DNA of 63,308 bases, counting the filler, from Octopus bimaculoides (Eukaryota), in assembly GCF_001194135.2 (NCBI RefSeq). It is 3 parts of 3 records of this genome, joined end to end, with 100 filler letters (N's around TTAATTAATTAA, not from the genome) between each part and the next. Parts side by side here need not be neighbours in the genome. Positions count along the whole stretch, not along the records: positions 1 to 31,208 come from NC_068987.1; 2 more parts are not named here. One strand, written 5' to 3'. Positions 10,005-20,412 of the stretch are shown one piece after another. The first letter of the stretch is position 1, and each line of letters starts with the position of its first letter. Both the position numbers and the translations under genes were made by a program. The notes under the pieces were generated by a model. It did no database searches, was not told the DNA's origin, and saw only the letters and a list, made by a program, of their open reading frames with translations.

Positions 10005-10132
10005 TATTCAGCGCATAGATACTGAACAGTACAGATATAAAGGATAAAATCCTTTTTTTCTTTTTAAAAGCAGAAAAATAAAAAGGATTTTATCCTCTAT
10101 ATCTATACTGTTCAGTATCTATGCGTTGAATA
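10005..10132. repeat. Foldback or MITE-like inverted repeat (arms about 52 bp, 3 mismatches)
   Basis: attcagcgcatagatactgaacagtacagatataaaggataaaatccttttt pairs with aaaaaggattttatcctctatatctatactgttcagtatctatgcgttgaat. Confidence 0.9.
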
Positions 10133-10585
10133 AAATTTATCTTTCTACTTGTTCTATCATACATTTCAGCGCTTCGAAAAACAAACTTGTTTGTTTACAT
10201 ACAGCATAATAATTATTCATTTACATTTTTAAAAATGAATTCAGCATTATCTTGTAGCTTCAAGATTTCAATGATGTGATTGTTTATTTTTAGAATGACA
10301 TTGTAGGGTAGGTGTGAGAAGTCAGACCTAGTTGGTTTGAGTATCTTTCATCTTTAACTTGGTTCAGTCATTAGACTGCAGCCATGCTGGGGCACCGCTT
10401 TGAATTTTTAGTTGAATAAATCGACCCCAGTACTTATTTGTTAAGCCTGGTACTTATTCTATCAGTCCCTTTTGCCAAACCGCTGAGTTACAGGAACGTA
10501 AACACACCAACACTAGGTGTCAAGCAGTGATTTGGGGGACGCACACACAAACACAGTCACAAAGACACATATATATAAATATATA

Positions 10586-11836
10586 TCAGGTCATTAAGAA
10601 TCAAATGTCCGATTTTGAACTGAAAGTTTATTTTACTTTATCTCAACAAAAATCAATACAGTTAATCGAAGTATGCACCTAAATTATCAACACAATTTTG
10701 CCATTTTATCGGTAGCTTATTTATGCCAGTAGCGAAGAATTCTGGAGAGCAAGAGGTGATGAAATCACAAAAGGTTGTTTTTGCATCTTCTTCAGATTTG
10801 ATGTTTTTTCCAAGCAAAAAGTTGTCTAATGCTTGGAAAATGTGATAGTCAGTTGGTGCAAGATCTGGTGAATATGGTGGATGACAGAGTACTTCCAAGT
10901 TCAGTTCCTGTAACTTGAGTAGCGTTCTTTGTGCAACATGTGGTTGAGCATTGTCTTGCAAGGGAATTGGCCTGTTTCTATCGACAAATCTCGGTTTTTT
11001 TAATTGCAAGTTCACTCATCATTTCATCCAATTGGTTGATGTATACATCCGCTGTACCAGGTCTCATGAAGCTGTAGTGGATGACACCAGCACTGAACCA
11101 CCAAACAGACACCATTAGCTTTTTTCAGTGAATATTCTTTTTTGGATTGTGTTTTGGTACTTCGTCGCTATCCAACCACCGTGCAGAACGCTTGCTATTG
11201 TTGAAAAGAACCCATTTTTCATCACACGTTACAATACGATGCAAAAATGCTTTGCTTTTATGCAGTGACAACAAAGACCAGCAAGTTTCAAGATGATGTG
11301 TCATTTGATGCTCGTTCAGTTCGTGTGGTACCCACTTGTCTAGCTTCTTTACCTTGCCGATTTGTTTCAGATGAACCAATGCAGTTGGAATCGAAACATC
11401 AAACCTTCCTGCTAACCCATGAATAGTTTGAGATGTATCCGCTTCCACTACAGTTTGCAGCTCATCATTATCCACCTTGGTCTCAGGTCTACCATAGGCA
11501 TGATTTTCAAGAGTAAAGTCACCAGACTGGAATTTCTCAAATCATTGACGTACAGTGCACTTATTCGCCACATCTTTACCAAACACTTCATTGAGGTTTC
11601 GAACTGTCTGGGATGCATTGGTTCCAAGACGGAACTCATATTCATAAACAACACGAATTTTTGATCTCTCAATGGGTTCACAATAATTGATTTACAAGAG
11701 AAAACTCACAATATAATCAGACACCATGAATTGCGTTTCAATGTTGTAAAACAAATTGTCAAGATAAAACATTAGAGTTAACAACTGTCAAACTTGGTGC
11801 ATGAGAAAATTGGACATTTCATTCTTAATGACCAGA
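10586..11836 (-). mobile_element. Full-length (1251 bp) mariner DNA transposon, DD34D, Hsmar1/cecropia-like
   Basis: 31-bp TIRs, tcaggtcattaagaatcaaatgtccgatttt and aaaattggacatttcattcttaatgaccaga (3 mismatches), flanked by TA on both sides. Confidence 0.95.
10662..11673 (-). pseudogene. Inactivated mariner transposase
   Basis: WVPHEL, TCDEKW, QDNA and YSPDLAPTDY motifs with 34 residues between the second and third Asp. The start is ATT at 11673 (probably from ATG), there are TGA stops at 11544 and 11127, and a +1 frameshift in an A-run near 11000. Confidence 0.93.
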
Positions 11837-11857
11837 TATATACACACATATACATAT

Positions 11858-12095
11858 CATCATCACCGTTTAACGTCTGCTTTCCATGCTAGCATGGGTT
11901 GGACGATTTGACTGAGGACTGGCAAGCCAGAAGACTGCACCAGGCACCAATCTGATTTGGCAGAGTTTCTACAGCTGGATGCCCTTCCTAACGCCAACGA
12001 CTCCGAGAGTGTAGTGGGTGCTTTTATGTGCCACCGACACAAGGGCCAGTCACATGGTACTGGCAACGGCCATGCTCAAAAAGGTGTTTTTTATG
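11858..12095 (-). mobile_element. Family D element nested in the split SINE A
   Basis: catcatcaccgtttaacgtctgctttccatgctagcatggg...ggatgcccttcctaacgccaac, matching 7072-7415. Confidence 0.8.
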
Positions 12096-12511
12096 TTTTT
12101 ACATATACATATATATATATATATATATGATGCGCGTCTTTCAGTTTCCGCCCACCAAATCCACTCACAAGGCTTTGGTCGGCCTGAGGCTATAGTAGAA
12201 GACACTTGCTGAAGCTGCTACGCAGTGGGACTGAACAAGGAACCATGTGGTTGGGAAGCAAGCTTCTTACCACACAGCCACTCCTGTGTCTATGTATGAA
12301 ACAAAAAAATATTTGGACTAGATATGACTGGTTTAAATGCTAAAGGGTTACAGTAAATTTCTTTTAAATTTCTATTTAGAGGTAATTTTTAGTGATAATA
12401 TTTTTGTTAGATAAAGATAACTTGATTTATGTTGTAAAGGAGTTTACAACAAAATTTGGTAGTATAGTTGTGAAACATGACATAGTACTATAATTGTAAA
12501 ATATGACTTAC

Positions 12512-12666
12512 TGCCAGCCTTTATAAAATGGTTCCTTTGGAATCATTAAATAAAATGGAGTATTTCCTCCTTCAAAACCAAGTCTAGGAAGATTTCCATG
12601 TTTTTTTTGACCTGTGTCACTTCGTCCTGAATTTCCACCACGACAGGTTCCTCGTTTCTTAAGCTC
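12512..12666 (-). CDS. MRPL15: MRPL15 exon 2 (absent from the ORF track in this frame)
   Basis: Acceptor ttgttataacag|GAG and donor CA|gtaagt, 155 bp. Reads ELKKRGTCRGGNSGRSDTGQKKHGNLPRLGFEGGNTPFYLMIPKEPFYKGW(H), containing the uL15 PRLGFEGGxTPF motif. Confidence 0.95.
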
Positions 12667-12706
12667 CTGTTATAACAAATATAAAGACAAATATATATAT
12701 ATGTAA

Positions 12707-12707
<1 letters not shown>

Positions 12708-12755
<48 letters not shown>
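12708..12755. repeat. A48 homopolymer, read as a poly(U) tract about 40 nt upstream of the MRPL15 exon 2 acceptor
   Basis: Directly visible. The run length may be unreliable in a short-read assembly. Confidence 0.85.
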
Positions 12756-12758
<3 letters not shown>

Positions 12759-12789
12759 ACAAAAAGGCCAAAATAGGAAACACAACAGG

Positions 12790-12955
12790 CATGGGAATAG
12801 CTGCGTGGGCTAAGAAGCTTGATTTGTAACTATGTGGCTTCAAGTTCAGTCCCATTGTGCAGAAGCACCTTGGGTGAGTGTCTTCTACTATGGTCCTGGG
12901 ATTACCAATGCCTTGTGAATGAATTTGGTAAATGAAAACTGGAAGCCCATTTTGT
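12790..12955 (+). mobile_element. Diverged SINE family A 5' half
   Basis: aagttcagtcccattgtgc...caccttgggtgagtgtcttctactat...ccttgtgaatgaatttggta. Confidence 0.65.
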
Positions 12956-15234
12956 ATGTGTACACCGGTGTTTTAATGGTGGCAGCTGATGAAGGATATG
13001 TTCTCTATGTGGCCTGCTTGTTGTACCTTGTTTATCATTTTGTCCATGTTCTTTTGCAACGTCATGTACCCAGATATGTATCTATATGTACATGTAGATG
13101 AAGGTATGTACATACATGTACATATATATGCATATACTCATATATTGTTTATATNNNNNNNNNNNNNNNNNNNNNNNNNNNNNNNNNNNNNNNNNNNNNN
13201 NNNNNNNNNNNNNNNNNNNNNNNNNNNNNNNNNNNNNNNNNNNNNNNNNNNNNNNNNNNNNNNNNNNNNNNNNNNNNNNNNNNNNNNNNNNNNNNNNNNN
13301 NNNNNNNNNNNNNNNNNNNNNNNNNNNNNNNNNNNNNNNNNNNNNNNNNNNNNNNNNNNNNNNNNNNNNNNNNNNNNNNNNNNNNNNNNNNNNNNNNNNN
13401 NNNNNNNNNNNNNNNNNNNNNNNNNNNNNNNNNNNNNNNNNNNNNNNNNNNNNNNNNNNNNNNNNNNNNNNNNNNNNNNNNNNNNNNNNNNNNNNNNNNN
13501 NNNNNNNNNNNNNNNNNNNNNNNNNNNNNNNNNNNNNNNNNNNNNNNNNNNNNNNNNNNNNNNNNNNNNNNNNNNNNNNNNNNNNNNNNNNNNNNNNNNN
13601 NNNNNNNNTATATATATATATATATAAACTTTAAATAGAGCTCAAAACTGATCCATTGAAAATACTTTATTATAATAATAATAATAATAATGAAAATGAC
13701 CTATGAACATTTATATATTTATTTATATATATATGTCTGTGTGTGTATGTAAATGTGTGTCTAGTCCCCACATCATCGCTTGACAACCAATGTTGGTGTG
13801 TTTACGTCCCCATAACTTAGCAGTTCCGTGAAAGAGAACGATGGAATAAGTACTCGGGTCGATTTGTTTGACTAAAAAGGCAATGCTCCAGCATGGCCGC
13901 AGTCAAATGAATGAAACAATAAAAGAATATATATATATACATATATATATACATATATATATACACATTATGGTTTGTGAGGGTCTGTTTCCTCACTGCT
14001 TGACAATTGGTGTTGGTTTGCTTACATCCCCCTGTAACAGTGATCTGCCGAAAGAGACTGATAAAGTAAGTACAGACTCTTGAAAATGAAAAAATATTAG
14101 GAGTTGATTTATTTGACTAAACTCTTCCAAGTGGTGCCCCAGCATGGCCACTGCTCACATTTATGCAAGGAGTGAAGCGACACACAATAAAATCAAACAG
14201 ATTTGTTCAAAGTAAATACACACTTTTCTGTAGCCTCCATTTTTTTAGAACCCCCTCCCCTACAAAAAAAAAAAAACACATTCAAATTTAACTTAATCAG
14301 CCAATGGCCTGTGTGTTTCTATTAATAACCTAAATAGTCAAGAATTAGTGGAAGGGATTTGGTAACATAACTTCTGCATTATTAAACTGGTATTTGGAAC
14401 ATAAAATATTCATCACCATTGTTTTAATAATAGGTATATATATATATATATAAAAACATCGTTTATATTCATATAAAAGGGGGGGAAAAAATGGAGATTG
14501 AGAAGTTAATAATTGTTTGTTATTAACTTCTCATCATTTATATGATGATGATGATGATGATGATATACTTCATGCAAGAAGANNNNNNNNNNNNNNNNNN
14601 NNNNNNNNNNNNNNNNNNNNNNNNNNNNNNNNNNNNNNNNNNNNNNNNNNNNNNNNNNNNNNNNNNNNNNNNNNNNNNNNNNNNNNNNNNNNNNNNNNNN
14701 NNNNNNNNNNNNNNNNNNNNNNNNNNNNNNNNNNNNNNNNNNNNNNNNNNNNNNNNNNNNNNNNNNNNNNNNNNNNNNNNNNNNNNNNNNNNNNNNNNNN
14801 NNNNNNNNNNNNNNNNNNNNNNNNNNNNNNNNNNNNNNNNNNNNNNNNNNNNNNNNNNNNNNNNNNNNNNNNNNNNNNNNNNNNNNNNNNNNNNNNNNNN
14901 NNNNNNNNNNNNNNNNNNNNNNNNNNNNNNNNNNNNNNNNNNNNNNNNNNNNNNNNNNNNNNNNNNNNNNNNNNNNNNNNNNNNNNNNNNNNNNNNNNNN
15001 NNNNNNNNNNNNNNNNNNNNNNNNAAATTTTAAATTGTTTTTATTATAAAAGAACATAAAAACAAACATTAAATATATATGTGAGAAAATTACATTTTTT
15101 TTACTTCAAACACACCCATTGTGCTAAATAAGCTGGAAATATAACAGTAAATAGTTTCTAGAAATCGATAATTTAAGCGGAGATGTACTTGCATAGTAAG
15201 CGACCTGATCTGAGATCGTGTGCTGGAATGAAAA

Positions 15235-15463
15235 CAATTGCAGCGTGGAAGGTGTTTATAAGCCATTTAAGAAACACACAAAAAAGCCGTTAGATTCACT
15301 TCAACATTTAAATTTAATTTGCCAAAATATTTTCGTCGCTTGAACAGGTCATGGTCTCAAAGCGATGAAAATATTTTGACAAATTAAATATAAATGTTGA
15401 AATGAATCTAACAGTTTTGTGTGTTTCTTAAATGGCTTATAAACACCTTCAATGCTGCAATTG
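15235..15463. repeat. Long imperfect inverted repeat (arms about 105 bp, 18-nt spacer), MITE or foldback-like
   Basis: caattgcagcgtggaaggtgtttataagccatttaagaaacacac...ttcgtcgctt pairs with aagcgatgaa...gtgtgtttcttaaatggcttataaacaccttcaatgctgcaattg. Confidence 0.92.
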
Positions 15464-16400
15464 ATAATTTAAGCATTATAGGGTTAAACAGGTAACTACT
15501 GAAGGTGCTGATCCAGTATGGTCTTTGTTGTTGTGCCTTAAACAAACTCAAGAACTACTGAACAGTTTTGTAATGGAGAAGTTAATATTTCATACGAGGT
15601 GTTTAGTAACAGACCGTCGTAAGGTCCACAACTTAAAAACCGAGGAAAACGCAAAGTTTTGCGACTTTCAGAATGCGATATCTCGGCAAGGAATGAAGTT
15701 AGAACGCTGGGTTTGGTCTTAAAATGGCCGTGAAGATCTACTCTAATCAATCCACTTATGTAAATTTATTTATTTATGTATGCATCTGAAAGATGAAACA
15801 ATGACTGTGTCTTGCTCATTTTGTAGAATATACCGGCACTACTGAACGGTGTATTGCATGGCATATTTTTAATCATAATACTTAGAAATAAACGTAGAGA
15901 CCCCCCCCCACACACCAAAGGTATTGTTTGTGGTTTAATATACCAAGGTAAGTGTCTTTAAGAGGTAAGTGAGACAAGATAATAGCCCATTATCGTTAAG
16001 CTGGTAACGAGGAATATTAGAAAATGAGCCAAAACCCCTCGGAAAACGATACAGGGCCCACACCAAAATTACTGATTGAGCGTGTGTGTTTACGATGGTG
16101 TGTTACTAAACTCTCTGGTAACTGACCTGTTCCCTCCCCTCAAAATGGTTGGCCTTGAATCCTGCAATGACTAGCATCATGTTCTGGAGGAATGTTGTGA
16201 TCTTGGTCAATTATACACTGAGTAACCAGCCTTATGAGACTCAAGGGTTAAAAAGAAAAGGACATTATTATAGACCTACAGTACAGAGTATAACTGGACA
16301 CACTTAAATGATAATTACTGAAGGCCAAAGACCATAAAGTAGTCTTTATGTGTAATATCAGCTATTAAAACATGAAGAATACATAATTTTAAATAATATA

Positions 16401-16612
16401 CAGGGTGTCCACAAAGTCTGGGTACATGCCGATTAACACATACTTTAAGAAATTATTATTTCTTATATTTAATTGTTTATGTTATGATTTTATTTACTCC
16501 ATGTACCCACATGGGGATTAACACATACTTTAAGAAATTATTATTTCTTATATTTAATTGTTTATGCTATGATTTTATTTACTCCATGTACCTAGACTTT
16601 GTGAACACCCTG
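16401..16612. mobile_element. Tc1/mariner-type MITE (212 bp) with an internal tandem duplication
   Basis: 28-bp TIRs cagggtgtccacaaagtctgggtacatg and catgtacctagactttgtgaacaccctg (2 mismatches), TA on both sides, and a 77-bp internal unit repeated at 16431 and 16516. Confidence 0.9.
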
Positions 16613-17743
16613 TAGAATGATCATGAGAGGGTATGATTGTGAGGGAGTTTTGGTTGCAATTTCTAATAGGTCAAGTAATCACGTAGATGACCTTTGTTGG
16701 CATACGAGAAGAAAGTTCACTTCTTAATGTGTGATTTGCAAGAGAATTAGCTACTATTTCTAGCAATTCCATCAGGAGTGTGATGTCCCAAGTAATATTT
16801 TATCCTATCTTAAATCGGTTTTTTTTTTAGCGTTTCCGATGTATTTTCTTTTCAGTAAGTTTATAATAAAAGAAGCATTCCAGCCATGACTATCACGTCT
16901 TTATAGGGGTGTCAAGAGTTACATTATATAACGTATCCCTTCACTTTTTGAAGACGATAGGGTATAATTTGAGATTTAGTTGTTAATTTTAGCAGGTCAA
17001 GCGACCACGCTGACGAATGCAGAAATCGAAGTTCATTTACTGCGAATTCCAAATTAACTCCCCTCGAATATGAGGAAGAACCTTAAATAATTATTTACTA
17101 AATGTATTTAGAATGAAAGGCAAAGTCGACCTCCACCACATTTGAACTCAGAACGTAAAGAGCCGGAAGAAATGCCGCTAAGCATTTTGTCCGGCGTGGC
17201 AACAATTCAGCCAGCTTGCAGGTCTTATTGCTCTTATTAACTAAACACATGTTGGATGACCAAATCGTTAAACCATTATTAGAAAATTGAATGAGTTTAT
17301 ATTGTGTATTCATTTGTACTTTAACAAGTACCCTATATTCCTTCATTCTTTTGACATTACGGTTGTAATTTATTCCTCTTGATACAAATGTATCTGAAAT
17401 TGCTCCTGGTTTTATAATACAAACTTGTTTTTAAATTGTCTAAATTAAGACCTTCCGTCAACATTTTGACCCAAACATCAGCTTAAAAACAATAGTTCTT
17501 TATACTAAATTTTTCATTGTTTTCAAAATTAATTTAAACAAAGGCAGTGTTTTCAACAGAAATATGGTAACAAAAGGGTTAGAGAATTGTTGAAATTAAT
17601 AATTATTCATAAGGTTAAAGAAAATACCGTCCAGAAATAACCTGTAGAGGACGTAAACACAAGACTACTTGTCATTTGAATTAGATTGAAGCAATCCAGA
17701 TTCCTTAAATGTGTCTACGAAAGAAATAATGAAATAAAAATAC

Positions 17744-17848
17744 CTTTCGTTTTGATGCTTTTTGTGGTAGCGGCGATAGATTGGAAAGAGTAACTCGAGG
17801 TAAATCGCGAAGCATTCGCAACGCACGAGTTGTATTACCGGCCGCCAT
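17744..17848 (-). CDS. MRPL15: MRPL15 exon 1
   Basis: ATG at 17848 gives MAAGNTTRALRMLRDLPRVTLSNLSPLPQKASKRK (similar to human RALDLLRGLPRVSLANL), with donor AAG|gtattt. The four exons total 105+155+163+459 = 882 nt, or 293 aa plus stop. Confidence 0.95.
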
Positions 17849-17886
17849 TTTTAAATGGAAACCACATTGATAGAGTTATTTCCCTT
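17841..17886. promoter_or_regulatory. MRPL15 start region: YY1-like AAAATGGCGGC over the ATG, and an AGAGTTATTTCCCTT motif at 17872-17886
   Basis: Both motifs are visible in the sequence. Their function is inferred. Confidence 0.4.
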
Positions 17887-18066
17887 GAATCATTCCAAGG
17901 TCACCAGAGTTACAAGGAGATTCCAAGTTTCTGAAAATATATTTAAATGATCAAATCAGTTGTTAACATTTTTCATCGTAAAATAATATTAGACATTATA
18001 AACTACAATTTGAAATAGAAACGTTTGTAACAGTCAGGGGTGTATTACATAAATGTTGATAAGGTC

Positions 18067-18108
<42 letters not shown>

Positions 18109-18232
18109 TATATTCTATATTCTATATTCTATATATATATATATATATTCTACTCGCTGTGTGGTAAATAGCTTGCTTACCAACCACAAAGTTTCGGGTT
18201 CAGTCCCACTGCGTGGTACTTTNNNNNNNNNN

Positions 18233-18625
18233 CTCGCTGTGTGGTAAATAGCTTGCTTACCAACCACAAAGTTTCGGGTTCAGTCCCACTGCGTGGTACT
18301 TTGGGCAAGTGTCTTCTTCTATAGCTTTGGGCCGACCAAAGCCTTGTGAGTGGATTTGGTAGACAGAAACTGAAAAGAAGCCCGTCGTATATATGTATAT
18401 ATGTGTGTGAGTGTGTATATGTTTGTGTGTCTGTGTTTGTCCCCCCAACATCACTTGACAACCGATGGTGGTGTGTTTACGTCCCCGTTCGGCATAAGAG
18501 ACCGATAGAATAAGTACTAGGCTTACACAAAATAAGTTCTGGGGTCGATTTGCTCACCTAAAGGCGGTGCTCCAGCATGGCCACAGTCAAATGACTGAAA
18601 CAAATAAAAGAGTAAAAGAGTAAGT
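18233..18625 (+). mobile_element. Near full-length SINE family A
   Basis: Same head, core, microsatellite and tail layout as 9541-9945, with a small internal deletion. Confidence 0.85.
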
Positions 18626-18947
18626 GACAAATAAAAATAATGAGTGAAATAGAAGCAGTGCGTGTGTTTATTATTGGCATAATGACCCTCCCAAGGGACA
18701 ACAAAATATGTTTCAACACTCGAATTCACGTAAAAAAATCTTGCAAATCAAATACAAAAACAAAACACGATAAAAAAAATTTCATTGCAAAAATGAAAAC
18801 ATTTTTTAGACTGATTTGTAGCATTACTTTTCCGTTATTGGAAAATTGTTTATAAAAAATTTTGGATCTGGGTTTGCGCTCCTTTAAGCAAATTTCCTTC
18901 CAGCACTTATGGCACGCAAACTACAACAGACACATAACTACATGGTT

Positions 18948-19326
18948 AGCACTCTGTCGCTTACGACGACGAGGGTTCCAGTTGATCCGATCAACAGAAC
19001 AGCCTGCTCGTGAAATTAACGTGCAAGTGGCTGAACACTCTACAGACACGTGTACCCTTAACGTAGTTCTCGGGGAGATTCAGCGTGACACAGAGTGTGA
19101 CAAGGCTGGCCCTTTGAAATACAGGTACAACAGAAACAGGAAGTAAGAGTGAGAGAAAGTTGTTGTGAAAGAGTACAGCAAGGTTCGCTACCATCCCCTG
19201 CCGGAACCTCGTGGAACTTTAGGTGTTTTCGCTCAATAAACACACACAACGCCCGGTCTGGGAATCGAAGCCGCGATCCTACGACCGCGAGTCCGCAGCC
19301 CTAACCGCTGGGCCATTGCGCCTCCA
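18948..19326 (-). mobile_element. tRNA-derived SINE family C (possibly an octopus OR-type tRNA-Arg SINE)
   Basis: The reverse strand begins gtggaggcgcaatggcccagcggttagggctgcggactcgcggtcgtaggatcgcggcttcgattcccagaccgggcg (A/B boxes, TCG in the anticodon-like loop) and ends ctcgtcgtcgtaa. There is a close copy at 45850-46218. Confidence 0.85.
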
Positions 19327-19687
19327 CACATAACTACTTAGACACACATTAAAGTATTCGACGGTGGGGATCCACTTGTTAGATCAACTGGATTACCTGC
19401 TCCTTAATTAACGTGTAAGCAGTTATTCATAACGTAACTTTCAGGCAGAGTGAGCGTGAGAGTGTGTGATAAGCCCCTACCTTTTGAATATCAGGTACAA
19501 TCTACCCGATAGGTTTCTATGCAGTTTTCCGTCAACACACTTTCACTCACTGGGTACGAGGAAAGTTTTGAAAATGATATTTGCCTTATGTGCCACGCCG
19601 TGAGATCGAACCCGAGACCACATAGTTAGGAAGCGAACTTCTTAAACGTTTGACTGTACTGCATCTACAGTTACGTTGGTTTTAAAT

Positions 19688-19880
19688 TTGGCACAAGGCC
19701 AGCAATTTCGGGGGAAGGAGTAAGTAAATTAAATTGACCAGTACGCAACTGGTACTTAATTCATAGGCCCCAAAAGGATAAGTCAACGTCAGAAACTTTT
19801 GAACTCAGAACATAAAGACGGACGAAATGCCGCGAAGCATTTTGTCCGGTGTGCTAACGATTCTGCCAGCCTGCCACCTT
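19688..19880 (-). mobile_element. SINE family B copy
   Basis: ggcacaaggcc...gtacgcaactggtacttaat...gaactcagaac...ttctgccagc. Confidence 0.75.
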
Positions 19881-20412
19881 ATCATCGACAGTTACATTAA
19901 CTAGAACTAAGCGTTGTAAAAGCTTGTTCATTAAATAAAAAACAAAAACAAAAGAAAATATTGCGAGATAATAAAAAACAAGAAAAGAATTAGGAGTTTT
20001 GTGTGTGTCCGTGTGTCCATTTATTCGGAAAGACTTTGAATAAAAGACAATTTAAATAAGAACCAAATTATTTTTAACAAACGAATTTCAAAGGAATAGG
20101 AAAAGAAACAGCAGAGTTATTCCCCTTTATTCACTACAAAAGCATCAGAAGTTTATAAAATTATATCACCTCTTTAGGTATATATCTCTTGTGAAATACA
20201 GCTTCGCTGTGGTGATACTATATATTTTTTGTGTGTGCATGAATATGATTATATTGTCCAACATTTTTTTTTAATAAAAAGCAAATATGACTGAAGTCTT
20301 TTGAAGGTCGAACGCGGTCGACTTCTTGACGTTCAAAAAGTAGACGAAAGGATAATCTTTATTCGAGAGACTAAATTTCTTCATAGGATAAAACTTGAAG
20401 AGGAGTTTTGGC

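Larger units (their letters stand above)
10345..12290 (-). mobile_element. SINE family A split by nested insertions (3' half 10345-10585, 5' half 12128-12290)
   Basis: Both halves are in the same orientation and meet at the internal (TA)n tract, which now holds the mariner and a family D copy. Confidence 0.75.

Noticed and set aside
15525-15750. Overlapping 65-70 aa ORFs as a missing MRPL15 exon or a nested gene
   Set aside because: MRPL15 is complete without them, and I recognise no homology or good splice sites.
18163-18302. Exact ~60-bp duplication of a SINE head on both sides of a 10-N gap
   Set aside because: Identical sequence flanking a minimal gap is the signature of overlapping contig ends, an assembly artifact.
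19250-19326. tRNA-Arg gene
   Set aside because: It continues directly into a ~300-bp body and tail repeated at 45850-46218, so it is a SINE head.
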